From assembly GCA_934748015.1 (NCBI GenBank), contig CAKVHF010000002.1, forward strand, positions 133,499 to 197,498: a DNA stretch of 64,000 bases. The letters are read 5' to 3'. The position numbers and the translations under genes were made by a program. This stretch comes from an uncultured Clostridia bacterium. Lineage in GTDB: Bacteria > Bacillota > Clostridia > Christensenellales > UBA1242. The notes under the pieces are model-generated. The model did no database searches. It had not been told where the DNA came from and was given only the letters and a program-made list of their open reading frames with translations. This document shows positions 55,701-64,000 of this stretch, piece by piece (positions within the stretch are counted from its first letter, which is position 1; each line of letters opens with the position of its first letter).

Positions 55701-58700
55701 GTGGTAGTGTATCAAAGGCTATAACTATCAACTCTAATACATTATTGAAAGATACAGTGTTGGATAATAATGTATCTGCTAGTGTATCCAATATATTTGC
55801 TAATGATACTATGTACATGCAGTACTTTAGATATGTCATGCGATATGGCAATGGATATATGATAATCAATATTGGTGTAGTAGATACATCGACAGATGCG
55901 TCTATCCAGAGGCTTGCAGTATGGGCAGATTACTACAACCAATCTACCAACCAAACAATCAATGTAGATGTGGATAAGTCTCTGCAATTGGATGTAGAAG
56001 CTGTGGTTAACCATGAGTATACCAACCTTAACAACTATACTACAGTTAATCGTATCCCTAAGACAGCATATTTATTTGCTAGAAGAAATAAGAGAATTGA
56101 AGAAATAACACCAATTACTCTTAACGGCGAAGTTAGATTTGATTTGCGAGAATTGACTGAGGGTGTAGATTATGATGTTGAGAACAATCAATATATCATG
56201 AAAGGCACTGAGGCAACTATCCAAAGAATTAATTATATCTTGCAACCTAATGATATTATATCTAAGGATGATATCAATATTAATAGAGAGATTGTTGTAA
56301 TCAATGGCTCGGACAAGATAGAGGTTGAGGTAGATACTGTTAATCAGATAATAACAATCAAACTTGTCAAGTTGGATGCTTTGTCCAAAGCAAACTATGT
56401 TACTCCTAATCTTACAATCAAGTTAAAACCTAAAACTAGCCAGACTGGTGCGGGAGAATTTGATGAGAAGAAGGGCAAGGGTGCAACTATTAAGGTTGTG
56501 GTGGAAGATGGAACAATAGATAGTCCATATAGTATTAAGAACCAAAAGCAGTTGCAGGCTATCAACAGTGCATTAAATTCGCACTATGTGTTGGTTAATA
56601 ACATCAATTTGGATGAGAACTTTACCTTGATAGGTTCAGCCGACAAGCCATTTACTGGTAGTCTTAATGGTGCTAAGACACTTATTAACGATGGAACTAA
56701 TTACAGCATTAACAATTTTAGATATAAAGGTAATATCAATTGCTATAGCAATAATGCTGGTGAGCATGATGGCGTAGGCATATTTAGATGTGCCAAAGAT
56801 GCTCAATTTAAGAATATCAATATTAACAACTTCAAGATGAGTGTAATCTTGAGCCATGACAACAATGCAGGTATCAGTTCAAAACAAATAGGTATTGGCG
56901 TATTGGTAGGATGGGCAGTTGATTGTAGATTTGATAATATCAATATTGATGATGGAAATGGCTTAGTAGATGTTGATGGCAAAATGGTCGATAGTTTGTC
57001 ACAAAAATTTGCAAGCGAAGTTAATATTAATGACATTAATATGTCTTCTGGTGCTAACGGAATTAAAATCTATAACAATGGCTTGGATGACAAAGTTGTA
57101 GTTTATGCCGGTGGTGTGGCTGGTTCGATCACAAATCAAAACAATTACACGCAAGAAAACTTAATTGTAAAAATTGCTATGGCTAGTTACTATAATGGAG
57201 AAGTATCAATGGGCGGTGTCTTTGGTCAGACTAATAATGTTTCTTTGACTTATGATGCCGATACTAGTGGCATAACAACTAAGCATGCTGGTGCTAATGT
57301 AATTACTGTTATCAACCCACATAAGTATATAAGCTTAGCCAATAAGAAGTACGATGTATTATCTCGTGCTGAGAGTGTAGGAATAGGTGGCGTTATCGGT
57401 ATATCTGGCAACACACAAGATAAAATCGAAAATGTTATTGTTAGATCAATAATATTTGGTAGGAGTTCGATTGGTGGTGTAGTTGGATACAATAATGGTG
57501 CAACGATTACTCGTGTCAAAGTTCTTCCAACATTAGTCGGAATTTCGGCAGTAGGTGGTGTTGTAGGAACTAACAATGGCGGAAATATATCTTATGCTAA
57601 GATCCAAAATATAGACAATCGTGACACATATTCTTATCTAAATAGTTCTATAATTACGCACACCAATGGCGGAATAATTGTTGGTAGTGAAGTTGCTAAT
57701 TCAATCAACAGTTATAGTTACAACTCGGCATACTCTTATATCAATGCAGAGGCGTCTAAGGATGAGTTGTTATTTAATAAGTATCCAGAGTATAAATTCT
57801 TTGGTGATGTAGTATATCTTAAGTACAATGAAACAACAAAAATTGAAACAAAATATACAACAGTTGGCTTGAGTAATTCACAATTTGGCTTCAGCAACAT
57901 AGTTGTAAGAACAATTGATGCAAATGATGTTGTTACAACCGAAAGATTGATTGTAACTAGCGATGTTACATCGGGTATATATGCAATTAATAATAGTGAA
58001 ATTGAAGATAACGGAATTAAATTAAATGATAAATTAGATAATGTTATCAGTAATTATAAATATTATCAAATAACATATAGTGATGGAACTAAAAGTTATA
58101 TCTTTGTAATAGATGAAGTTAAGAGTAGGCAAGAGGGTAGACTGGTTCTTACAGTCGATATCCCGCCAACTGAGATTGTTATTGCTAGACCAGACAATAA
58201 GGGTGGCAATGTATACAATGTTGAGACTGACAAGAAAGAGTATAGTATCGCTGTTACTTTGTTTGAATTGGCAAATGAGGATCTAGATGGCGATGGCACT
58301 ATTTCTAGATCGGAGAGTATATATATTGATTATATCAAGGAAGTATTGAGAGCTAAGAGTAGATATAGTCTAAATGATCTAGTGTCAATAGGGGTACTCC
58401 CTAAGATTGTTGGAACAACAAGTATGATCTATGACATTAAGAGCCAAACAGGTGAAGTTGTCAAGATTGTTACTGGATCGGACAATAAAGTATATATCCA
58501 AGCGATCGGTTCGGGCACAGCGGTGCTAGAATTGACCAATCTATACAACAAAGATCTTAAGGTTATAATCAACATCCAGGTGGTTAGAAAGGTTGATGAT
58601 ATCAATCTATACTTGCTATCGGGCGAGAGTATGTCCAAGAACATTACTTTGGTGAAAAACTCTTCTAACAAGTTATATGTAGACTTCTTGTCATACTTCT

Positions 58701-61700
58701 ATGATAGTAACGAAATCTTTAGTAGATTATTTGGCAACATTGACTTAGTGGGCAATCGTAGCAACAACATGGGACTAAGAATGTTTGTGTTAAGTGGCAA
58801 TGGCGATATTGTTCACACTGTTACTGGTGGTGATATCAATAAGTACATAGAGGAAAATTACAAGAGTAAATACCAGATCAACAACCTTGAATTTAGTTAT
58901 ATGCATCTAAGTAGCAAGACAAGTGATAAGTATATGATATACATTGACTGTGACTCGGTTAACAATACATATATTTATGCTAAGAGCATAGTAGAGAAAT
59001 TATCACTATATGTTGTGCCTTATGTGTTTACTGGCATTAGTTCTGCCAACAGAACTGACAAGGCGGTTATTCAATCGTTCTATAGTCTTAAGTATGAGAC
59101 CAATGGTGTAGATATTGTGACAGACGACAATGGTGCATATATTGTGGATACTATTGCCGATGTTAACAACAATTATGCTAAGAATAGTGTAGGTGGCAAC
59201 TTCAATATCAGGATAGTCAACGGAACTAAGAGCATAACTACGCTAGATAGTAGTTCTATCGGTTCCCCTAAGACTGCTAGTAAATTTGCTATTACAATAT
59301 CAACTGATGATACTGACTCTAGATTGTATTTCTATATAAGCAGTGGCAACAGACAATATGAGTGGACAGGCAGAGAGAGAATAACCAAGATTGTATCAAG
59401 ACTAGACAATAACTATTCGTTCTCGTACTTCATGAAAAACGACAAAGCGGTAATGCTACAAGATGTGTATGCTTATGCAGTAGACAAAGATAATTATCAG
59501 AATTTTGTTGCTATATTTGATAAATATAAGCTAATAATCAATGATATTGATGAAAATATAAAGGATGGTTCTTACATTACTTATTACTTCCAAGTAGAGG
59601 TGATGGAACAATACAAGTATGATTGTATCAACACAGAAGACTATTCGTTCACTTTCTTAACCAACATAGTTGAAGATAAAGAAGGTGCTAGCGAGAGCTT
59701 GCAGAGTGTAACAATAGACTATACAATGATCCCACAAGAGATCGAGAGTGTAGACATAAGACATTTCAGCGAAGTAACAACCAAGACTTATGATATCATT
59801 GGTGGTCAACAGACTGAAGGTTATGAGGTCAACCAGACACTTCCTAGTGATACAATCATTATTGGTCACTCGGGACTAATGCAGATCAACATCTATCCTG
59901 GATACTCCAAGATAGACTATGTTGAGATTACTAGTTCGGTTGTAGAGCAGGTTGCAATACAATTTGAACAATTGGTGGAAGAGACTGAGATCAACACCAA
60001 TAACACAGAGGATACATACATATCTAGATTGTTCTATTCTGCTTATGACAATACAACCAAGATTGACAACGGAATAAGACTAAGCAATGTATCTAACTTG
60101 TATAGCAGATACAACGAGAATAACTACGACTTCAGCGGTGTATATTATGTGCGTACATACATCGGTGCGGTTGTTAATGAGAATGCTAAATATACGATTA
60201 CTATTAAGTTTATCGCAGATGGCAAAGTTGTAGAGAAATATACAACGAACTATATCATCACTCCAATCATTCCACCTAATATCAAGGCAACAGTGGGTGG
60301 TGGTGAGAACGCTCCAGTAGCAATAGGTACAGATGTAAGAATTGATCTTGAGACTAAAGATCTATGGAATAAGTTTGATATTGAATTGCGAAAGGTAGAC
60401 GGATCGCCAGTCGAGACGGGTGAGACAGCGTTTAATACTCTTACAGGTAAGACTATTAACAACAATGACTTCTTTGCTACTCTTAGAGATGACAATATGC
60501 TTGTTAATGAGGGCGACAATAGATATAGTTTGACACTTCCTATTGTGTATGACGAATCATTGATAGGTGCAAGTGTAGACATAACAATTGGTGTCAAGAA
60601 GATAATCAACAACAGACAATACAACGATGAGAAGAAGATCAAGTTGCAGATGGCATTGTTTGTGGTTAATGAGATTAAGGTCAAGGATGTAGAGGATGAG
60701 AAATTTGTAGGACTATTCAACCAAGCGTATGAATTGAAGGTTGAGATAGTGGCTACTTATGCTGATAACATTACTTATAAGAGAAAAAATGTAAATAGCA
60801 GAACGGTGGACTATATTGAGTCGCAGATAGACTTGCTTGCAGGTCGTATCACTGCCAGTGGTCTAACCGATATTGGTGAGACTAGTGCTCAGAAGACTAA
60901 GACATGGTTTGCTAAGAATACTAGCGGACAATACAACAACTTAAGTATCTACGAGAGATATTATAGTTATGTTATAACCAACTCCAATTTCCAAGTTAAC
61001 TATATGAAGTCTAGCAATGGATCATACGATACTATTAAGCTTGGTGCATTGAAGTTCCGTAATAACATACTTAACACAACCGACTCGATTTTGGCTCAGA
61101 CAGTTATTGCATACTCCAGCACAGGTGTGTATGAAGAGAATAGAGATGACAACAGTAAGTCAACAACCGGTCTATATGTGTTGACAGACCAAGAGTTGCT
61201 AGATGTAGACGGCAACAATCTGTATCAAGTGGATGCTAAAGACTTCCGTTATACATTCAGTTGTGAGTTTTCATTTGATATGACTAAACTTGCTAACGAA
61301 GACAACCCAACCCCAATATATAACGAGGCACAATTGATAGAGATGGCAGAGGGTACACCTTACATCTTGATGGCAGATATTGAGGTTGAGAACTGGAAAC
61401 CTTTGACAACTAAGATTTCCAGTCTAGATGGCAATGGATATGTTATCCGTATCAATAGTTTTGCATCTCTTGATACAACATCGACCAATGCTGATGATAA
61501 TTCAATTGGTTTCTTTAGCATAGTAGATGAGTCAACAGTGCTTAAGAATATTATTATCGAGTTGCCTGCTAACCCAGCACAACAGATAGAGAACCTAGAT
61601 ACTGCTAAGATAGAGAATCAGGCTAACTCAGATATTGTTGTAGATGTAGGTGCATTGACTGGCTTTAGATACGGTACGATTGCAGGTGTTAATAATGGAA

Positions 61701-64000
61701 CAATAACCAATGCAATTGTTATCAACAATGCCGATCGATACAGATATGAGAGAGATTATAGGCTATATATCGAGAATGAACTAAGCCTAGAAGAATTTGA
61801 AGAAAGACTTACAGAATACTACTTTACAAGAGTAAATGAGTATATTGAAGAATACAGTGCATATGACTCTCGTTCTATGACTAATGTAAGGATAGCTTCT
61901 AGCGCAACAACCAATGATGTAGATAGCAAAGTTGGTGGATTGGTAGGTATTAACAATGGTTATATTACCAACAGTGCGGTTGAGAATATAACTATCAATG
62001 GACCATTCTATGTAGCAGGCTTTGCTTGCGACAACAATGGCAAAATTGGTAGCAGTTACTTCAAGGGTGGCAACGTAGTTAACTACAAGGGTACTGAAAC
62101 TGATAAGAGCGGAACTGCTGGCTTTGTTGTAAATAACAATGGCAAGATCGCATATAGTTATGCGGAGGCCTTGAGCACATATGACGCTAGCGAAGTTGTA
62201 GAATATATCATCATTGATATGAACAACAAGCAAGATCCTGTTGCTATTAAATACAAGGAAATTGGCAAGGGCGTTGCTAAGGGCTTGAGTTTTACTCAAT
62301 TGCAAAATTCGGCTTATGTAGGATATTACTACACATACTCTGTATCTTCCGAGACAAGTGATAATGTAGCAATATTCAATGCAAGACACTTTGGCAATGT
62401 TGTATATTCTAACAAGCAAGCATCTGGCTTTGTATACAGCAATTCTGGATCGGTAGACAATAGTTACTCTAACATAGTTGTTGCTGGTGATTCCACCGCA
62501 GGATTTGTATACTACAACCGTACCGGTGCGACAATTGATAGCACTTATACTATGTCTAGTATTCCTGCTAACCAATTGACACATTCGCCATTTGGTGCAA
62601 GAAGTACTGACGGAACAACGTCTCAGAACTCTGGTTCTATTACCAACTCTTATTACTTGAGTGTTAGCCTAGAGGACTATATCTCTAGCCAAGAAGAGAT
62701 CTTGAACAATAACGACTTCGTTGTTATCTTAGAAGATTATTTCTATGAAAATATCGACAAGTTATTGGATCTAGACGGCAATGGAACTACTAGAGAAGAA
62801 AGTGATAAGAAAAAGTATGATAGTCTGGTTCAATCTAGAGAAGCATTGAAAGATGTTAAAGATGAGGGTGGATATAATGCAGTTGTTGGTGGAAACACTA
62901 ATGACTTCCCTACTTGGGATGTGTACAAGCAGTTGTTTGTAGAAAGCACCAATCTTAAGGTGACCGATCTTCCTAGTTGGACAGTGCTTATTACTATCAA
63001 CAAGACACAATATCAGAAGATTACTAGAAATAACGACCGAAATAGCACATATATTGATGTGAGATATCTAGACATGTTTGATTCTTCCAAGATAACTGAT
63101 GGTCTAGCTAAGGCATATTATGATTTCCGTGATTACGAGTCATTTAGTACTTTTGCATTCAATAACGATAGAGGTGCTAATAGTATGGATATTGTCAATT
63201 CTGTATGGTTTATTCCAACCGATCAGATAGACGATATTACGGTTGAAGAAGGTAGGGTTGTACAATCTTACTTCAAGAAATCTAATTATACTAAGTGGGT
63301 TCCACAATTGGTATCCGCTAACTTGCGTACGCTTAGTGTTAGATATGGTAACTTTATTACTCCACTTCAAAAGGATGCAGATATCTTCGATGTTCTTAAG
63401 ACTCTTAGAAGAGATATGAGTATGTCGCTTGCTGGTGATGTCCAGTCATATATGTATGCTGCATTGGAAGATTCAGTATTGAAGGAATTTAGTCCTAGTA
63501 ATATAGCCGTACTATACACATACATGTATCTATATACCGCTTATCAATTTACCAACACCGAGGCACCTAACAATACTATTGGTGATGTGTTCTATAATGA
63601 TCTATACAAGTTGAAGGATCAGAATGTAGAATTTGCAAGTTACTGGTCGGGAGATATTTTGGGCGGAATAACCCCTAGTACGATTATCACAGATTTGCCT
63701 GCAACATTGATTGATAATGACAAAGTTAACATGGAGCAGTTCAAGGCAAATATCCATGAGCAAATTATTACTTTCTTGCAGAAACAATACAAGGATCAAT
63801 CTTTGTCTAACAAGGTTCAAGCATGCTTAGATACATTGATTGCTCAGATCAATATATCCAATCAGGTTGGAGATGACCAAGAGACTGCATACAGTTACTC
63901 CAATATCTCCAAGAACTTAAATGATGTTAGCGTAATAAGTGGTGATACAGTTCTTAACCCATATCTAGTAGATAGTTGCGATGACTACAATAGTTATTGC
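52775..64000 (+). CDS. Giant surface lipoprotein, 5' part (3,742 codons open to the window end; not in the supplied ORF track)
   Basis: I translated the frame (pos mod 3 = 2) by hand from ATG 52775 to base 64000 and found no stop; only short antisense ORFs occur in the interval. The N-terminus MKNILARLKKIFCIMAILCSGLLVSC-SCGG carries a lipobox (L-V-S-C). Two complete modules consist of a head followed by GLUG-like rungs (IGGVIG, IGGVVGYNNGATI, VGGVVGTNNGGNI; KVGGLVGINNGYITNS, TAGFVVNNNGKIAYSY, ASGFVYSNSGSVDNSY). Confidence 0.9.
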   Translation, partial: MKNILARLKKIFCIMAILCSGLLVSCSCGGGPYDNMKLKSVSLVKFAETQSNVVVEDNGGQVIIDSSGGSTANYFYIEAVVEGYTGNREDVLSINTAIGYEVYANFVKYEYATKGGDRIVRALFEAKEGTECLKFDIISLEGMLTSSFEIEIVNPIEDFNFVNSSVPVLKGMNNTIYEASKTSKYVTYIPSKTTQRNLNLYFSNADLDGNGLDFIKEVENTVNIANYTLDSSETRLMYDGEVVLSIVNGVLKTGVGDKVPKRFTLSASIIKVDGDKIEKSVEVVVLDPIELDSLIVSNRYADEESKKEVHEELVVEDKGSDYINYRMYLPNNIDIKPQYKKANVMFGYADTTGGITIRNTAGAEVMAYNLLNTSNANIYSNKYSIEKLSDESASIRCVLDNDYYEISHTVSISHDYELLFRVYYNDFANFFDGVKIKITIDVRSYPDKIKLSDPSTSEDLTDYLTVYKDYYTSPNGAQVKAVVVADDDIYSSGELTTATYIVDILDGDVNVNDKGYVVVSYLNNGTEIELGSTAVTSGSVLVFRVNSEKYLKDIANRLLTVVFTSRIQASGHKIVKKISLNYIKDTIGWNSTDLGTLYVAYNENNVYSSDAEAKGDRQNYATIPLSNWATWAGKSSNNYQEFLPIAGNIVKNVVFRVSDRTYNKPVIKYNNAGKNNYLHISDCNYNDGQLCSPKLNLLFNGSNLGSCVIEMILPNGASTRFILVVYYNLPGDTYLTLAQDYLNTKITSTPQQDGNFETKITRNTSRTDVTPIEVDRLTAIVGDRQSFNVSLPMGAGKVVNTFTYNEIPDGMQMKLTSSNLNCATIDSNGIITIDRLPVNSNIVVMTVYITGRQQLTVKGNIDYTRTNEGFVKYEVKIEVLNPVRNTTLTYNRNTIFTRDTLNNVNEAGLANTEFYSKGVIFYTLQNVSNNGLLNSDDISWNFYNDNKLLFTICRKNNKAVATINGMELYLNYGTGSGSVSKAITINSNTLLKDTVLDNNVSASVSNIFANDTMYMQYFRYVMRYGNGYMIINIGVVDTSTDASIQRLAVWADYYNQSTNQTINVDVDKSLQLDVEAVVNHEYTNLNNYTTVNRIPKTAYLFARRNKRIEEITPITLNGEVRFDLRELTEGVDYDVENNQYIMKGTEATIQRINYILQPNDIISKDDININREIVVINGSDKIEVEVDTVNQIITIKLVKLDALSKANYVTPNLTIKLKPKTSQTGAGEFDEKKGKGATIKVVVEDGTIDSPYSIKNQKQLQAINSALNSHYVLVNNINLDENFTLIGSADKPFTGSLNGAKTLINDGTNYSINNFRYKGNINCYSNNAGEHDGVGIFRCAKDAQFKNININNFKMSVILSHDNNAGISSKQIGIGVLVGWAVDCRFDNINIDDGNGLVDVDGKMVDSLSQKFASEVNINDINMSSGANGIKIYNNGLDDKVVVYAGGVAGSITNQNNYTQENLIVKIAMASYYNGEVSMGGVFGQTNNVSLTYDADTSGITTKHAGANVITVINPHKYISLANKKYDVLSRAESVGIGGVIGISGNTQDKIENVIVRSIIFGRSSIGGVVGYNNGATITRVKVLPTLVGISAVGGVVGTNNGGNISYAKIQNIDNRDTYSYLNSSIITHTNGGIIVGSEVANSINSYSYNSAYSYINAEASKDELLFNKYPEYKFFGDVVYLKYNETTKIETKYTTVGLSNSQFGFSNIVVRTIDANDVVTTERLIVTSDVTSGIYAINNSEIEDNGIKLNDKLDNVISNYKYYQITYSDGTKSYIFVIDEVKSRQEGRLVLTVDIPPTEIVIARPDNKGGNVYNVETDKKEYSIAVTLFELANEDLDGDGTISRSESIYIDYIKEVLRAKSRYSLNDLVSIGVLPKIVGTTSMIYDIKSQTGEVVKIVTGSDNKVYIQAIGSGTAVLELTNLYNKDLKVIINIQVVRKVDDINLYLLSGESMSKNITLVKNSSNKLYVDFLSYFYDSNEIFSRLFGNIDLVGNRSNNMGLRMFVLSGNGDIVHTVTGGDINKYIEENYKSKYQINNLEFSYMHLSSKTSDKYMIYIDCDSVNNTYIYAKSIVEKLSLYVVPYVFTGISSANRTDKAVIQSFYSLKYETNGVDIVTDDNGAYIVDTIADVNNNYAKNSVGGNFNIRIVNGTKSITTLDSSSIGSPKTASKFAITISTDDTDSRLYFYISSGNRQYEWTGRERITKIVSRLDNNYSFSYFMKNDKAVMLQDVYAYAVDKDNYQNFVAIFDKYKLIINDIDENIKDGSYITYYFQVEVMEQYKYDCINTEDYSFTFLTNIVEDKEGASESLQSVTIDYTMIPQEIESVDIRHFSEVTTKTYDIIGGQQTEGYEVNQTLPSDTIIIGHSGLMQINIYPGYSKIDYVEITSSVVEQVAIQFEQLVEETEINTNNTEDTYISRLFYSAYDNTTKIDNGIRLSNVSNLYSRYNENNYDFSGVYYVRTYIGAVVNENAKYTITIKFIADGKVVEKYTTNYIITPIIPPNIKATVGGGENAPVAIGTDVRIDLETKDLWNKFDIELRKVDGSPVETGETAFNTLTGKTINNNDFFATLRDDNMLVNEGDNRYSLTLPIVYDESLIGASVDITIGVKKIINNRQYNDEKKIKLQMALFVVNEIKVKDVEDEKFVGLFNQAYELKVEIVATYADNITYKRKNVNSRTVDYIESQIDLLAGRITASGLTDIGETSAQKTKTWFAKNTSGQYNNLSIYERYYSYVITNSNFQVNYMKSSNGSYDTIKLGALKFRNNILNTTDSILAQTVIAYSSTGVYEENRDDNSKSTTGLYVLTDQELLDVDGNNLYQVDAKDFRYTFSCEFSFDMTKLANEDNPTPIYNEAQLIEMAEGTPYILMADIEVENWKPLTTKISSLDGNGYVIRINSFASLDTTSTNADDNSIGFFSIVDESTVLKNIIIELPANPAQQIENLDTAKIENQANSDIVVDVGALTGFRYGTIAGVNNGTITNAIVINNADRYRYERDYRLYIENELSLEEFEERLTEYYFTRVNEYIEEYSAYDSRSMTNVRIASSATTNDVDSKVGGLVGINNGYITNSAVENITINGPFYVAGFACDNNGKIGSSYFKGGNVVNYKGTETDKSGTAGFVVNNNGKIAYSYAEALSTYDASEVVEYIIIDMNNKQDPVAIKYKEIGKGVAKGLSFTQLQNSAYVGYYYTYSVSSETSDNVAIFNARHFGNVVYSNKQASGFVYSNSGSVDNSYSNIVVAGDSTAGFVYYNRTGATIDSTYTMSSIPANQLTHSPFGARSTDGTTSQNSGSITNSYYLSVSLEDYISSQEEILNNNDFVVILEDYFYENIDKLLDLDGNGTTREESDKKKYDSLVQSREALKDVKDEGGYNAVVGGNTNDFPTWDVYKQLFVESTNLKVTDLPSWTVLITINKTQYQKITRNNDRNSTYIDVRYLDMFDSSKITDGLAKAYYDFRDYESFSTFAFNNDRGANSMDIVNSVWFIPTDQIDDITVEEGRVVQSYFKKSNYTKWVPQLVSANLRTLSVRYGNFITPLQKDADIFDVLKTLRRDMSMSLAGDVQSYMYAALEDSVLKEFSPSNIAVLYTYMYLYTAYQFTNTEAPNNTIGDVFYNDLYKLKDQNVEFASYWSGDILGGITPSTIITDLPATLIDNDKVNMEQFKANIHEQIITFLQKQYKDQSLSNKVQACLDTLIAQINISNQVGDDQETAYSYSNISKNLNDVSVISGDTVLNPYLVDSCDDYNSYC

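Noticed and set aside
61787-62584. A 265-aa minus-strand ORF, plus many other 60-180-aa minus-strand ORFs between 53 and 64 kb and between 0.7 and 13.2 kb.
   Set aside because: All lie antisense to the two giant plus-strand reading frames. Their compositions (C/I/S/V/F-rich, low complexity) are typical of mirror frames, and none has a convincing RBS.
1-64000. Searched by eye for tRNA/rRNA genes (for example GGTTCGAATCC-type T-arms), transposase or integrase genes, prophage structural genes, cas genes and toxin-antitoxin pairs.
   Set aside because: None was recognised. The accessory-looking stretch at 36.9-42.3 kb has no recombinase or tRNA boundary, so I do not call it a mobile element.

Overview
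This is an AT-rich chromosomal segment from an endospore-forming Firmicute, probably Clostridia-like, judged from spoIIR, sleB-ypeB, a DivIVA-domain gene, lgt and standard-code ribosomal genes. The window starts inside one giant surface-protein gene, open from base 2 to the stop at 13408. It ends inside a second giant gene that starts at ATG 52775 and is still open at base 64000. The supplied ORF track omits that second gene because it has no stop in the window. It also omits rpmG (49 codons, 28079-28228).

Between the two giant genes, in order:
- an AAA/DUF4143 ATPase preceded by a 33-bp-phased direct-repeat array
- a fused ABC ATPase-FtsX permease with degenerate ATPase motifs
- a split ribosomal/transcription cluster: rplJ-rplL at 18.3-19.3 kb and rpmG-secE-nusG-rplK-rplA at 28.1-30.8 kb, plus an isolated rplI
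- a DUF1540 protein and an SPT/KBL-type alpha-oxoamine synthase
- a membrane coiled-coil protein, then lgt and a DivIVA-domain protein
- two more surface proteins: an MBG / InlB-B-repeat protein with a C-terminal anchor, and a BspA-type LRR protein
- an island of genes with no recognisable domains (36.9-42.3 kb)
- a cation cluster (HD hydrolase, CaCA antiporter, ZIP transporter)
- an XRE regulator translationally coupled to a truncated Rel/SpoT-like protein
- a HAD hydrolase and spoIIR-sleB-ypeB

I recognised no rRNA, tRNA, CRISPR array, transposase or integrase.

The most unusual signals are:
- a GC-rich 143-nt element that folds into a mismatch-free four-way junction (42421-42563)
- the orphan 843/185/81-aa operon, next to a small cassette bounded by inverted hairpin-terminator repeats
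- a G11 tract and a 13-bp inverted repeat upstream of the LRR surface gene
- an 84-bp hexanucleotide microsatellite upstream of spoIIR
- the 33-bp iteron-like array
- the XRE / pseudo-synthetase Rel pair

Family names are recalled from motif knowledge; no searches were run. Hairpin and motif coordinates were counted by hand and may be off by 1-2 nt.
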